From: an uncultured bacterium
GTDB lineage: Bacteria > Actinomycetota > Actinomycetes > JAVEEB01
DNA: 64,000 nt
Direction: 5' to 3'
Assembly (NCBI GenBank): GCA_964236265.1
Contig: CAXSDE010000010.1
Location: forward strand, 2,826 to 66,825
The stretch's first letter is position 1; the number at the start of each line of letters is the position of its first letter. This document shows positions 41,939 to 53,718 of this stretch, in pieces. The notes under the pieces were generated by a model. It did not search any database. It was not told the origin of the DNA and saw only the letters and a program-made list of their open reading frames with translations. The translations under genes were made by a program, and so were the position numbers.

Positions 41939-43567
41939 ATGGCGATCGACGGCGACCTGGTGCGCACCGCTGAGGAGATCTTCGGCTGGACGGAGCTGCG
42001 GCCCGGCCAGGCGGAGGCGATGCGCGCGGTGCTGGCGGGACGCGACGCGCTCGTCGTGATGCCTACCGGTGCGGGAAAGTCCGCGATCTACCAGGTCCCC
42101 GCGCTGCTTCTCGAGGGCCCGACCGTCGTCGTGTCGCCGCTGCTCGCGTTGCAGCGGGACCAAGTGACCGCCCTGCTCGCGCGCGGTTCCGCCAACACCG
42201 TCGCGGTGGCGGCCAACTCGTTGCAGTCCGCCCGGACGACCCGCGAGGCCTATGACGCCGTGCGCGCCGGCGACGCGGAGTTTCTCTTCCTGTCGCCGGA
42301 GCAGTTGGCCAAAGCTGACGTGATCGAGCGCATCCGCGACCTGAAACCGTCGTTGATCGCCGTCGATGAGGCGCACTGCGTGTCGTCGTGGGGCCACGAT
42401 TTCCGGCCCGACTATCTCCGGCTCGGCGATGCGATCGAGGGCCTCGGGCATCCGCCTGTGCTGGCACTGACGGCGACCGCCGCGCCGCCGGTGCGCAACG
42501 AGATCGTCGACCGCCTCGGCCTGCGCGACGTCGTCGAAGTGGTCCGCGGTTTCGAACGGCCGAACGTTTTCCTGGAGGTCCGCAGCGACTTCCGCAGCGA
42601 CACGGACAAACGTGCTGCTGTCGCCGTTTGCGTTGCCACGGAGGAGAAACCGACGATCCTGTACGTCGCCACGCGCAAGGACACCGCCGTCTACGCGGAC
42701 GAGCTGGCGGAGCTCGGCCTGCGCGCCGAGACATACCACGCGGGGCGCAGCGCCGCGGACCGCCGGCGGGTGCACGACGCGTTCGTCGCCGACGACGGCA
42801 CTGGCGACCAGCTCGATGTCGTCGTCGCGACCAACGCGTTCGGGATGGGGATCGACAAGCCGGATGTGCGCACGGTCGTGCACGCGTCGGCACCCGAGTC
42901 GCTCGACACCTATTACCAGGAAGCGGGCCGCGCGGGCCGCGACGGCGCCCCCGCGCGGGCGGTTCTCTTCTTCCGTCCGGCGGACCTCGGGATGCGCCGC
43001 TTCTTCGCCTCCGGCAGCATCGACGAGCAGTTGCTGATCGCCGTGCTCGCACAAGTTGGCATCGACACCGTGCCGGTCGTCGAGCTGCACCGCCGGACCG
43101 GCGTGCCCGTGTCCCGGCTCACGCACGCGGTGAACCTCCTCGAGTCCGCCGGGGCCCTCGTGTCGACGACCGCCGGGTGGTCCGCGACGGGTCTTGCCGC
43201 GACGCCGGCGCTGGAGGCGGCGAGGGTCGCTGCCGCGTCGCGTGTCGCGGTCGACAGGTCGCGTATCGAGATGATGCGCGGCTTCGCGGAGACGACCGGC
43301 TGCCGGTGGCAGTTCGTTCTTGGCTACTTCGGCGAGACCGCCGCCGGCGCGTGCGGCCACTGCGACCGGTGCCCGGCCGGCGCCGAGTCCGCTGCGGTCA
43401 CGGACGGCCCCTATCCGTTGCAGTCCCGTGTGCGCCACACCACCTGGGGCGAGGGAATGGTCATGTCGTACGACGGGGAGCAGATGACGGTCCTGTTCGA
43501 GCAGGTCGGCTACAAGACCTTGCTCCTGCCCGCGATCGAGGCGCGGGGGCTGCTCGAACCCTGCTGA
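41939..43567 (+). CDS. recQ: ATP-dependent DNA helicase RecQ
   Basis: LRPGQAEAMRAVLAGRDALVVMPTGAGKS, DEAHCVSSWGHDFRPDY, Zn-binding CGHCDRC, and a C-terminal HRDC-like tail. Confidence 0.9.
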   Translation: MAIDGDLVRTAEEIFGWTELRPGQAEAMRAVLAGRDALVVMPTGAGKSAIYQVPALLLEGPTVVVSPLLALQRDQVTALLARGSANTVAVAANSLQSARTTREAYDAVRAGDAEFLFLSPEQLAKADVIERIRDLKPSLIAVDEAHCVSSWGHDFRPDYLRLGDAIEGLGHPPVLALTATAAPPVRNEIVDRLGLRDVVEVVRGFERPNVFLEVRSDFRSDTDKRAAVAVCVATEEKPTILYVATRKDTAVYADELAELGLRAETYHAGRSAADRRRVHDAFVADDGTGDQLDVVVATNAFGMGIDKPDVRTVVHASAPESLDTYYQEAGRAGRDGAPARAVLFFRPADLGMRRFFASGSIDEQLLIAVLAQVGIDTVPVVELHRRTGVPVSRLTHAVNLLESAGALVSTTAGWSATGLAATPALEAARVAAASRVAVDRSRIEMMRGFAETTGCRWQFVLGYFGETAAGACGHCDRCPAGAESAAVTDGPYPLQSRVRHTTWGEGMVMSYDGEQMTVLFEQVGYKTLLLPAIEARGLLEPC

Positions 43568-43931
43568 CGCGCCACCGCGAGGGCCGCGAGGATCAGCGGC
43601 AGCTGAATGGGCAGGCGCGCGAGGGCGCCGGCTCGGTACAGCGCACCGTGTGCCGTGCGGAAGGCCTCGACGGCCATGTAGATGTTTGCGGGGAAGACTG
43701 CGACGAGGAGGGCGGCCGACGCCTGGGCCGCCCGCAGGCGGACGCGCCGGGGGCGGCTCCACAGACCGGCGGCGCACGCGAGCTCGGCGATGCCACTCGC
43801 GTAGACCCACGGGAGCGCCGGGCCGAGCAACGGCGGCACGATGCCGGCGAACGTCTTCGGCACGATGAAGTGCGCGGTGCCGGAGATCGTGAACAAGGAC
43901 GCCAATCCGAGCCGCCACCGTTCAGTCCGCA
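43510..43931 (-). CDS. DoxX-like family membrane protein
   Basis: Start MRTERWRLGLASLFTISGTAHF. Three or four hydrophobic helices. Convergent 57-bp overlap with the recQ 3-prime end. Confidence 0.55.
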
Positions 43932-44000
43932 TGACTCCAGCGTGCCTCAGCCGGCGGTGTCCCACACATTCGACCGCAGTGCGCGCCAACCGGCAATGCG

Positions 44001-44420
44001 TTGGAACGTCTCCCGGACAAGACCGACGCCACAATGAGCGCCATGACGGCCGCTCACCCACCCGAAGAGTCGGTGGTGCACGAGCTCGTCGAGATCCAGG
44101 GGTACGACGCGCTCTTCGCGGCGCACTTCCGCGGCATGACGCAGTTGGCCACTCTCCTCGGGGCGGACGACCCCGAAGACGTTGCCCAAGAGGCCTTCGT
44201 GCGGCTGCACCGCAACACGGGCCGGCTGCGCGATCCGAATTCCGCGCTCGCTTACCTGCGCGCGACCGTGTGCAACCTCTCCCGCAGCAAGTTGCGCCGA
44301 CTGCGCACGGCGAGGGCAAGCGGTCGCAACTCCTCGCGGTGCCCGTCGCAACGGTCGAGCAGAGTGCCGTGCTCCGCGAGGAACATCGAGACGTGCTGGC
44401 GACCGTGGACGGATCGCGGC
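44001..44420 (+). pseudogene. ECF sigma factor remnant (region 2 intact, frameshift ~44320, region 4 missing)
   Basis: Frame 1: EDVAQEAFVRLHRN...ALAYLRATVCNLSRSKLRRLRTAR (sigma-70 region 2). Then ELLAVPVATVEQSAVLREEHRDVLATVDG continues in a different frame (44325-44415), and no region-4 HTH follows. Confidence 0.65.
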
Positions 44421-44472
44421 GCGGGTCGAGTACGCATGCGTTTTTGTCGGGGGGCTCCCGTAGGTTCTTCTC

Positions 44473-45681
44473 ATGGAGCAGACGGGTCTCGGCGCAGTGC
44501 AGACAGCGGTGCAACTGCTGCGCGCCGAAGATGTGTCGCAGCGCGACAGCTTGTCACTCGCAGCTGAGTTGCACGACCTGCACTGGCTGATGGAGCAACT
44601 CGGCGGCGAGTTCCTGCGACGCCTCGCCGCCTTCGACGCCAACGGCGGCGCACTCGCCGATGGTCACCTCACCACCGCATCGTGGCTGCGCGACCAATGC
44701 CTGCTGACTCCGGCCGCCGCCTCGCAACGCGTCGCCGGTGCGCGCGCAGTCCGCGACGAGACCCCCGTGGGTAACGCCCTCGCGGAGGGCGCCATCTCGC
44801 TGGCGCACGCGGGTGTGATCCGTGCGGGTGTGCGGTCGCTGCCAGCCGCCGTGGCAGGGACGGTCGAAACCATCCTGGTCAATGCTGCAAGGGTCAACGA
44901 GGCGTCCGCTTTGCGCGGTATCACCGACCAACTGCGCTCCCAGATGGCGCCGGTGCTGCTCACCGAGACGCACGACGATCAGCACGTGCGCCGCCACTTG
45001 TCCATCAGCCAAACCCTCGGCGGCTCAGTTGTCCTCGGTGGGCAGCTGGACACCGAGGCCGGCGAGTTCGTGATGACCGCCGTCCAGACACTGGCGCTGC
45101 CTAACGGCCCCGACGACGACCGCACGCCGGGGCAGCGGCGCGCCGACGCCCTCTACGAGATGGCTCGCCTCGCGCTCGACAGCGCCGCCCTCCCCGACGT
45201 CAACGGCGAACGCCCGCACGTGAGCATCGTCGTGCCACTCGACACGCTCCGCGGTGCGCCGGCGAGCCCGGCCGCCACCGCCGAGTGGACCGGCCCATGG
45301 AGCGTCGAGGTCGTCCGCCGCATCCTGTGTGATGCCGGTGTCAGCCGCATCATCACCGACGGCGCCAGCCAGGTCCTCGACGTCGGCCGGCTCACCCGCA
45401 CCGTCAGCGCGCCGATGCGCCGTGCGCTTGCCGTGCGCGACCGCGGCTGCATCATCCCCGGGTGTCACCGGCCACCTCGCTGGTGCGACGCCCACCACGT
45501 CCACCACTGGGCCGACGGCGGCCCCACCTGCCTGGACAACCTCGTGCTCCTCTGCCGCGCGCATCACCAAGCCGTCCACGACGGCGCCTGGCAGCTGCTG
45601 TGGGACAGCGCACACCAGCGCTACCTCGCCCAACGGCCGGACCTGTTGGCTCATTACGCCACCACTTCGCGGGCACCCTGA
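44473..45681 (+). CDS. DUF222 + HNH endonuclease domain protein (mycobacterial REP13E12-family-like)
   Basis: N-terminal DUF222-like helical region. C-terminal HNH motif CIIPGCHRPPRWCDAHHVHHWADGGPTCLDNLVLLCRAHHQAVHDGAW. Confidence 0.85.
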   Translation: MEQTGLGAVQTAVQLLRAEDVSQRDSLSLAAELHDLHWLMEQLGGEFLRRLAAFDANGGALADGHLTTASWLRDQCLLTPAAASQRVAGARAVRDETPVGNALAEGAISLAHAGVIRAGVRSLPAAVAGTVETILVNAARVNEASALRGITDQLRSQMAPVLLTETHDDQHVRRHLSISQTLGGSVVLGGQLDTEAGEFVMTAVQTLALPNGPDDDRTPGQRRADALYEMARLALDSAALPDVNGERPHVSIVVPLDTLRGAPASPAATAEWTGPWSVEVVRRILCDAGVSRIITDGASQVLDVGRLTRTVSAPMRRALAVRDRGCIIPGCHRPPRWCDAHHVHHWADGGPTCLDNLVLLCRAHHQAVHDGAWQLLWDSAHQRYLAQRPDLLAHYATTSRAP

Positions 45682-45731
45682 TCGACCGCGGGCCGCTGCC
45701 CGCGATCGATCTTCCCGGCGCCGAGCGCGGC

Positions 45732-46844
45732 TTACCGGCTGTGCCCGCCGAAAAAGCGCAGCAGTGCGTGCTCGGCCTCGTCGAGAAGCGCCAGCTCCGC
45801 GTGCTCCTCTCGCTGATGCGCGAGCATCGGGTCGCCCGGCCCGAAGTTGACGGCAGAAATGCCGAGCTCGGTGAACCGCGCGACATCCGTCCAGCCGAAC
45901 TTCGGCAGCACCTCGCCGCCGACGAGCGCGACGAACGCGGCGCCCAGCTCGCTCGACAGACCGGGCAGCGCACCGGGCGCGGAGTCGGTCAGCTCGCAGT
46001 CGAAACCGGCGAAAACCGAGGCCACATGGGAGAAAGCCTCAACCACCGAGCGGTCGGGCGCGAACCGGTAGTTGACCGTGACCACACACTCGTCCGGCAC
46101 CACGTTGCCCGCGTTACCGCCCGAGATGAGGACAGCGTTGAGGCCCTCCCGGAAGACGAGGCCGTCGATCGGCACCTCCCGCGGTTCGTACGCCGCGAGA
46201 ATGGCCAGCACCGGCGCCGCCGCGTGGATCGCATTCACGCCCAGCCACGAACGCGCACTGTGGGCCCGCTTGCCGCGCAGCGACACCCGCGCGCGCAGCG
46301 TCCCCTGACAGCCTCCCTCGATGGCACCGGACGTCGGTTCCAGCACTATCGCGAACTGCCCGTCGATCCACTCCGGGTGCTCACGCACGAGACGGCCGAG
46401 CCCGTTGCGCGCGGCTTCGATCTCCTCGCAGTCGTAGAAGATGAAACTCACGTCGTACGACGGATTCGTGAGCAACCGCGCGAGCCGCAACATCACCGCG
46501 ATGCCGGCCTTCATGTCCGACGTGCCGCAGCCGTAGAGCCGACCGCCGTCGCGCCGCGACGGGACATTGTCGGCGATCGGCACCGTATCGAGATGGCCGG
46601 CGAGCAGGACCCGCTGCGAGCGTCCGAGAGAGGTGCGCGCGACGACACAGTTGCCGTCGCGGATGACCGTCAGGTGTGGCAACGCCCGCACCGCGCGTTC
46701 GACCGCGTCGGCGAGCACCGCCTCGTCGCCGCTGACCGACGGGATGTCGACGATCGCCGCGAGCAGCGACGCGGCATCGAGGGTCAGGTCGAGGGTCAGG
46801 TCGAGATCGGTCAGCCCGCCCTTGATCGGGTCATCATGGGCCAT
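45732..46844 (-). CDS. dapE: Succinyl-diaminopimelate desuccinylase (M20 family)
   Basis: Start [16 protein letters not shown] and GTSDMKAG metal-ligand motifs. Contains an in-frame hexanucleotide-type repeat [10 protein letters not shown]. Confidence 0.9.
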   Translation of the reverse strand: MAHDDPIKGGLTDLDLTLDLTLDAASLLAAIVDIPSVSGDEAVLADAVERAVRALPHLTVIRDGNCVVARTSLGRSQRVLLAGHLDTVPIADNVPSRRDGGRLYGCGTSDMKAGIAVMLRLARLLTNPSYDVSFIFYDCEEIEAARNGLGRLVREHPEWIDGQFAIVLEPTSGAIEGGCQGTLRARVSLRGKRAHSARSWLGVNAIHAAAPVLAILAAYEPREVPIDGLVFREGLNAVLISGGNAGNVVPDECVVTVNYRFAPDRSVVEAFSHVASVFAGFDCELTDSAPGALPGLSSELGAAFVALVGGEVLPKFGWTDVARFTELGISAVNFGPGDPMLAHQREEHAELALLDEAEHALLRFFGGHSR

Positions 46845-46845
46845 G

Positions 46846-47673
<828 letters not shown>

Positions 47674-47770
47674 GGCGGGCAGCCTACCGAGATGCCGCTG
47701 CCCGCTCGGTCGAGGCCGACCGCTAGCGTCATCGCGACGGAGCCCGACTCGCCGCAGCAGTGGGGGTTCG

Positions 47771-48310
47771 ATGAAAGCACTGCTCGGCCGCGCACGACCG
47801 GCAGGTTTCGTTCTTGCCGCCGGCCTCGCCGTTGCCTCCTGCTCATCCTCGGCCAGCACTACGGCCGCCGCGCCGGCGACCACTGCGACGCAGGCGGCAT
47901 CGCCCCCCGGCACGTCGCCCGGCGGCACGTCGCCCGGCGGCACGTCGCCCGGCGGCACGTCGCCCGGCGGAACGTCCACGTCGACACCGGCGTCGATGTC
48001 CGCGGCTGACGGCAGCGCCTCCTCCTCGGCCCCCGCTGGCGGCGGCGGTGGCGAGTGCGGGACCGCACATGACGCAGCCGGCAAGGCCCTGGCGGCCAAT
48101 AGCGACGTGACATCGTTCGAGATCGGCGCCGGCTGCGACGTCACCATCAGCACCGCGTTCACCGAGACCGGCGACCCCAAGGCGATGGCCTTGTGCGATG
48201 CCGTAGGCAAGGTGGCCTACCCCGCGGGGGGCAAGTCCGTCACGGTCCTCGGTGCCGCAGACAAGGAAATCGCCATCGGGATCAAGGGACAGCGCTGCAT
48301 CCGCGGCTGA
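47771..48310 (+). CDS. Lipoprotein with GTSPG tandem repeats, unknown function
   Basis: MKALLGRARPAGFVLAAGLAVASC lipobox. (GTSPG)x4. The C-terminal domain has two Cys pairs. Confidence 0.6.
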   Translation: MKALLGRARPAGFVLAAGLAVASCSSSASTTAAAPATTATQAASPPGTSPGGTSPGGTSPGGTSPGGTSTSTPASMSAADGSASSSAPAGGGGGECGTAHDAAGKALAANSDVTSFEIGAGCDVTISTAFTETGDPKAMALCDAVGKVAYPAGGKSVTVLGAADKEIAIGIKGQRCIRG

Positions 48311-48343
48311 ACGCGCCGCTGACTGCGCGCCCCGACCGGCCGC

Positions 48344-49339
48344 TCAGTCGTCGGCGATCCCACTGCTCGTGAGGCGGAAGCTTCCGCGCAGACGCTCACG
48401 CGTGCTCGCACCGGCCCCAGCGAGCGCCAGCGCGTGCAGCACGGCGCCGGTGACGGGGGGCACGTCCAGGATGCGCGTGCGCGCACGCGGCGCGTGGATC
48501 GCCAGCCGGGCATCGATACCGTCGACGAGCATCGCGGGACCGTGCTGAAGCATCCCGCCGCCCAGCACGACCGGCACCTCCTGATGGAGCAGGTCGAGTG
48601 TGCGGAGGTGGGCCACGATCATCGTCGTGATCTCCTCGGCGAGGCGGTCGACGATCGCCGTCGCGACCGGATCCCCCGCCACTGCGGCAGCGAAAACGAC
48701 CGGCGCGGCCGCGTGCAGGTCGTCGCCGTTGAGCCGGCCTTCGACGACACCCATGGCAACGTCCTCCGGCTCCATCCCGAAATGTTCTGTCATCGCGGCC
48801 CGCAGCAGCGTCTGCGCTCCGCGGCCGTCGCCGGCGCGCACGGCATCGCCGAGGCCGGCCAGGGCCACCCCTTCGCCGCCGCCCCAGTCGCCGGTCATCG
48901 GGCCGAGCGCGAGAAAACGCGCGGTGCGTCCGTCGGGGTGCACGCCCGTGGCGTTGATGCCCGCGCCGCACACCACGGCGATGCCCCACCCGGCGGGAGC
49001 GCCGGCATGCAGGATCGCGAACGTGTCGTTGTGCACGACCTCGCGGCGCGCATTGCCCTTCATGGCGATCTCCACGGCGAAAGCAGCCTCGTCGGCCGGC
49101 GTGTCGAGATTGGCGAGGAAGTAGGCGGCGACGGCGACGGGCTCGTCCGTCGCCAGGCCTGCTTCGTTTTTCGCTCGCTGGATGAGGTCGGTGACGTTGT
49201 CCACCGTCGTCGTCATGCCCTCGAAGTAGGCGCGCGTGCCCACCCCGCGCACGCGCGAGAGCACGTCGCCGTCAGTGGTGGCGAGCACGACGTCGGTCTT
49301 GGAGTTGCCACCGTCGATGCCGATGACGTAGTCAGACAC
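48344..49339 (-). CDS. BadF/BadG/BcrA/BcrD-type ATPase (N-acetylglucosamine-kinase-like sugar kinase)
   Basis: GTG start VSDYVIGIDGGNSKTDVVL (glycine-rich phosphate-1 loop). Overlaps the GH4 gene by 8 bp. Confidence 0.75.
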   Translation of the reverse strand: MSDYVIGIDGGNSKTDVVLATTDGDVLSRVRGVGTRAYFEGMTTTVDNVTDLIQRAKNEAGLATDEPVAVAAYFLANLDTPADEAAFAVEIAMKGNARREVVHNDTFAILHAGAPAGWGIAVVCGAGINATGVHPDGRTARFLALGPMTGDWGGGEGVALAGLGDAVRAGDGRGAQTLLRAAMTEHFGMEPEDVAMGVVEGRLNGDDLHAAAPVVFAAAVAGDPVATAIVDRLAEEITTMIVAHLRTLDLLHQEVPVVLGGGMLQHGPAMLVDGIDARLAIHAPRARTRILDVPPVTGAVLHALALAGAGASTRERLRGSFRLTSSGIADD

Positions 49340-50616
49340 TGGAGTCCCCGTTCGGGAAGAAGGCGGGCAGAAAATCCCGGTTGAGCTCGAGCAGCTCGTC
49401 GAGCAGCGGCACGAGGGTGTCCCATTGCCGGACGAGAGGATTGGCGAGCAGCGCCCTGCGCGCGACAGTGCGATCCCCGGTGCGCGCGGCTTCGATGGCA
49501 AGCACTTCGTACGCCGTGACTTCTTGAACGAGGCCGAGCATTTCGGGCGGCAACGGCGGCACGAAGACCGGGTGCGCGCCGTCCAGGTCGACATGCGCGG
49601 GCACTTCGACCACCGCGTCCGCCGGCAGCCCTTCGATCGTCCCGTTATTGCGGACGTTGACGTAGTGGTGAGCGCCGTCACCGGTGAACAGGCTCGTCAC
49701 GAGGGCGGCGGCGGCCTCGCTGTAGTAGGCCCCGCCGCGGGACTGCAGCAGCTCGGGCAGCGCGTCGAGCGCCGGGTCCTGATACAGCTCGAGAAGCTCG
49801 GCCTCGATCTTCATGACGTCGGTCGCCCGGTGGTTGCCGAGCTGCTGCGTGTGCAACTCCTCGGCGGTGCAATAGAAGTAGTGCAGGTAGTACGACGGGA
49901 TCGCGTTGATCGTGCGCAGCAATTCGACAGGTGCCCCGATATCGGCGGCCAGCTCCGCAGCCTGCGGCCCGGCCAGCCACTCCGGCAGCCGGTCGACTCC
50001 GGCGACCTCCACGGAACGGATCCACGTGAGGTGGTTGAGGCCGGCGTGACCCAGGCGGACCGCATCGGGGGCGACGTCGAACGCCTTCGCGACGCGGCGC
50101 TGGAAGCCGATGCCGACGTTGCACAACCCCACGGCACGGTGACCGGCGTCGAGCAGCGCGCGCGTCACGATTCCGACAGGATTCGTGAAGTCGACGATCC
50201 ACGCCCCCGGCGCCGCCAGCCGCCGCACGTCGTCCGCGATCCGGAGCACCACGGGCACCGTGCGCAGCGCCTTCGCGAAGCCGCCCGCCCCCGTCGTCTC
50301 TTGGCCGATCAGCCCGTGCTTGTTGGGCGTCGTCTCGTCGCCGAGGCGCGCCGTCTGGCCGCCCACACGCAACTGGATGAGCACGGCCGACGCGCCGGTG
50401 ATGGCGGCGTCGCGGTCGGTCGTCGTGACGAGACGGCCGGGGAAGCCGTGCCGCGCGAGGATGCGCTGGGCGAGCGCGCCGACGACGCGCAACCGCTCGG
50501 CGTCGATGTCGTGCAGGACGAGCTCGTCGACGGGGAGTGCCGCTGCCCGGCGCGCGAAACCTTCCACGAGCTCCGGGGTGTAGGTGCTGCCTCCCCCGAT
50601 GACGGTGATCTTCACG
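49332..50616 (-). CDS. Glycoside hydrolase family 4 (NAD+/Mn2+-dependent; 6-phospho-beta-glucosidase/ChbF/LicH-like)
   Basis: GTG start MKITVIGGGSTYTPELV (Rossmann NAD site). Conserved GH4 motifs CNVGIG, GLNHLTW and HYVNVRNNG. GGAGA RBS. Confidence 0.85.
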
Positions 50617-50708
50617 GGTGTCTCCAGTCGGGGTCTCGTGCGCCGGATGCGGGCGCGCAGGCAGTGCCGCACGCCGCCGCGGTGGTGATGATCGTCGGAG
50701 GGCGGAGG

Positions 50709-51794
50709 TCAGCCGGAGCCGACCTCGACGGGGGTCGTGCCGGGGTCGGGCCGAGCCACGTGGCACGCCGCGGTGTGCTGGTCGCCGAGCAACCGCCCCG
50801 GCGGCGTCACCTCGGAGCAGATGTCGATCGCCAACGGGCACCGGAAGCGGAACCGGCAGCCCGGCGCGGGGTCGACGACCTTCGGTGGCTCGCCGCGGTC
50901 GGTCTCGGCCCCGATGGTCAGTGAGGCCCGCGGGTCGGGCACCGCAGACAGCAGCAACTGCGTGTAGGGATGCTTCGCACGCGAGAGGACGGCCTCGGTC
51001 GGGCCGGACTCGACGATGTGACCGGCATACATGATGACCATGCGGTCGGCGACGTAGCGGGCGCTCGCGATGTCGTGCGTGATGTAGAGGAACGACACGC
51101 CCGCCTCGGCGCGGAGCTTCGACATGAGGTTGAGCACACCGATGCGGATCGACACGTCGAGCATCGACACCGGCTCGTCGGCGAGGATGAGCTTCGGCCG
51201 GTAGGCGAGCGCCTGCGCGAAGCCGATGCGCTGGCGCTGGCCGCCGCTGAGCTCGTGCGGGAACCGCTCCAGGATGTCGGCGGCCGGAGCCAGCCCCACG
51301 GCCTCGACGACCCGCTCGGCCTCGGCCGTGCGCTGCGCCTTCGACGTCATGTCCGGGCGGTGCAACTCGAGCCCGCGGACGATGCCGTGCGACACGCGGT
51401 AGGCCGGGTTGAGCGAGCTGAAGGGATCCTGGAACACCATCGGCACATCGCTGCGGTAGCCCTGCAGCGCCCGCCGGGTCCGCATGCCGGACAGCGGCTT
51501 TCCCTCGTACAGGATCTCCCCGCTCGTCGGCTTGTAGACCCGCGCGAGGAGCCGCGCGATCGTGCTCTTTCCGCTGCCGCTCTCGCCCGCGAGGGCCACG
51601 ATCTCGCCGCGATTGATGACGAGGCCGGCGTCGTCGACGGCGTGGAGTTTGCGCCGCGACCACAGGCCACCGCCGATCGAGAAGTGCTTGGTGAGCAGCG
51701 TTGTCTCGAGCAACGGGACCGTTGTCGCGGCGGTGCCGTCCGGCCGGACCGCCCGCTCGGCCGCCGGCGTCGATATCCGGGTCGACTCGCTCAT
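50709..51794 (-). CDS. Oligopeptide-type ABC transporter ATP-binding protein (DppF-like)
   Basis: Start MSESTRIST. Walker [10 protein letters not shown], signature LSGGQRQRI. Confidence 0.9.
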   Translation of the reverse strand: MSESTRISTPAAERAVRPDGTAATTVPLLETTLLTKHFSIGGGLWSRRKLHAVDDAGLVINRGEIVALAGESGSGKSTIARLLARVYKPTSGEILYEGKPLSGMRTRRALQGYRSDVPMVFQDPFSSLNPAYRVSHGIVRGLELHRPDMTSKAQRTAEAERVVEAVGLAPAADILERFPHELSGGQRQRIGFAQALAYRPKLILADEPVSMLDVSIRIGVLNLMSKLRAEAGVSFLYITHDIASARYVADRMVIMYAGHIVESGPTEAVLSRAKHPYTQLLLSAVPDPRASLTIGAETDRGEPPKVVDPAPGCRFRFRCPLAIDICSEVTPPGRLLGDQHTAACHVARPDPGTTPVEVGSG

Positions 51795-52801
51795 GCTGTC
51801 TGCACCGGGAGCTGCAGCGGCACCGAATCGGTGACGGACAACGCGTTCGGCGCGTGCCACAGACAGCGCGCGTAGGCCGAGCTGACCGCATACAACGCCG
51901 GCTCCTCGTGCGTGCAGCGTTCCTTGACGAGCGTGCACCGCGGCGAGAACCGGCAACCCGCGGGCGGGTGCGCGAGGTCGGGCGGACTCCCGGGGATGCC
52001 GGTCAGTTCCACCCGCGGACCGGTGATCGACGGGAACGCGTCGAGCAGTCCCTGGCTGTAAGGGTGCGCCGGGAGGTCGAAGACCTGCCGAGTCGGTCCG
52101 ATCTCGGCGACCTGACCGGCGTACATGACCATCAACTGGTCGGAGAAGTGGCTCACCAGGGACATGTCGTGGGTGACGAAGATGACCGCGAAACCCAGTT
52201 CCTGCTGCAGTTCTTTGATCTGCACCATGAGCGACCGCTGCGCGACGACGTCGAGGGCGGAGGTCGGCTCGTCCATGATGACGAGGTCGGGCGTGAACAG
52301 CAGCGCCATCGCGATCATCGCCCGCTGCCGCATGCCCCCGCTGAGCTGATGCGGATAGCTCTGGAGGTGGATCGGGTCGATGCCGACGAGACGCATCACC
52401 TCCACCGGGCGTCCCTCGGACACGCGTGTGTCGCGGTGGGCGGCCAGCGTGTCGGCGAACTGCTGCCCGATCGTCTTCACCGGGTTGAGCGCATTCATGG
52501 CGCTCTGCATCACCACGGAGAAGTCCCGCCACCGCATGGCCCGCAGTTGCTTGTCGGTCAGCGTCACGAGATCGCGGCCGGAGAAGCGGACCGACCCGCC
52601 CGTGATCGCCGCCGGCGCGCTCAGCAACTGCGCGATGGCGAACAGCAGCGTCGACTTACCGCACCCGGACTCGCCGACGATGCCGACGAACTCGCCGCGA
52701 TGCACCGTCAGGTCGACCCCGTCGACGGCGCGGACGCCGCCGCGGGAGCTGTCGTATTCGACCCGCAGGTCGCGGACCTCAAGAATGCGCGCGCTTGACA
52801 C
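51791..52801 (-). CDS. Oligopeptide-type ABC transporter ATP-binding protein (DppD-like)
   Basis: GTG start with GGAGG RBS. Walker A GESGCGKST, signature LSGGMRQRA. Confidence 0.9.
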   Translation of the reverse strand: MSSARILEVRDLRVEYDSSRGGVRAVDGVDLTVHRGEFVGIVGESGCGKSTLLFAIAQLLSAPAAITGGSVRFSGRDLVTLTDKQLRAMRWRDFSVVMQSAMNALNPVKTIGQQFADTLAAHRDTRVSEGRPVEVMRLVGIDPIHLQSYPHQLSGGMRQRAMIAMALLFTPDLVIMDEPTSALDVVAQRSLMVQIKELQQELGFAVIFVTHDMSLVSHFSDQLMVMYAGQVAEIGPTRQVFDLPAHPYSQGLLDAFPSITGPRVELTGIPGSPPDLAHPPAGCRFSPRCTLVKERCTHEEPALYAVSSAYARCLWHAPNALSVTDSVPLQLPVQTA

Positions 52802-53714
52802 GGGACCTCCGGATCGGACGCAGGGCCGGGTTGCTGATCTCGTCGAACGCGTAGTTGAGCAAGGCGAACGAGACCCCGAGGGTAGCGACGGCGAGGCCCG
52901 GCGCCAGCGCCCACGCGGGGAATCCACTGGCGAGCGCTCCCTGATTCTGCGCCCAGTAGAGCATCGTGCCCCAGCTCAGCGAGCCGGGGTCGCCCAGGCC
53001 GAGGAACTGCAGTCCGGCCGCGGTGAGCACGGCGTAGAGCGCGGCGCCGAGGAAGTTGGCCACGATCAGCGACGACATCGTCGGCAGCATCTCGCGGATG
53101 ATGATGTAGGACCGGCGCTCGCCGCGGACTCGCGCCGAGGTCAGGAAGTCGCGGTTGCGCAGCGACAGTCCCTGTGCGCGCATCTGCCGGGCGCCGTACG
53201 ACCATCCCGTCACGACGAGCACGACGATGACCACGCCGAGGTTTCCCTTACCCGCGAACGTTGCCAGCACGATGATGAGCGGGAACGTCGGGAGCACCAG
53301 GAAGATGTCTGTGATGGCGGACAGGATGTCGTCCGCGATCCCGCCGAGATAGGCCGCGGAGACGCCGATCAGCACCGACAGGATCGTGGCGCCGAGACCC
53401 GCGACCAGCGCGATGATGAGCGACTCGCGCGTGCTGTAGATGAGCTCCGCGTAGACATCCTGGCCGAGCCCCGTGGTGCCGAGCCAGTGCTGGGCCGACG
53501 GGTGCAGCAGAGGGATGTCGCCGATGTCGCGCGGGTCTGCGTGCTGCCACGGCACGAACAGGTGCGGGAAGGCGGCCAGCAGACAGAAGAGGACGAAGAG
53601 ACCCGCGCCCACCATGGCCTTGCGGTTGCCCCGCACGGCGCGCAGCACGCCGCCGCGGCGCCGGCGCGGCAGTTCCTCGGCCACGGCGGCGGGGTCGACG
53701 AGCAAGGTGGTCAT
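52779..53714 (-). CDS. ABC transporter permease (DppC-like)
   Basis: Start [14 protein letters not shown]_transp_1 permease. Confidence 0.9.
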   Translation of the reverse strand: MTTLLVDPAAVAEELPRRRRGGVLRAVRGNRKAMVGAGLFVLFCLLAAFPHLFVPWQHADPRDIGDIPLLHPSAQHWLGTTGLGQDVYAELIYSTRESLIIALVAGLGATILSVLIGVSAAYLGGIADDILSAITDIFLVLPTFPLIIVLATFAGKGNLGVVIVVLVVTGWSYGARQMRAQGLSLRNRDFLTSARVRGERRSYIIIREMLPTMSSLIVANFLGAALYAVLTAAGLQFLGLGDPGSLSWGTMLYWAQNQGALASGFPAWALAPGLAVATLGVSFALLNYAFDEISNPALRPIRRSRVKRAHS

Positions 53715-53718
53715 GGCC

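Noticed and set aside
41852-43918. 688-aa minus-strand ORF and nested 329-aa ORF
   Set aside because: Antisense to recQ. The products are Arg/Pro-rich nonsense.
47674-48210. N-terminal 179 aa of the ORF containing dapD (PPGDVPPGDV repeats)
   Set aside because: This is the reverse-complement shadow of the GTSPGG-repeat lipoprotein gene on the plus strand. DapD starts at MTTSPLSADIDALW.
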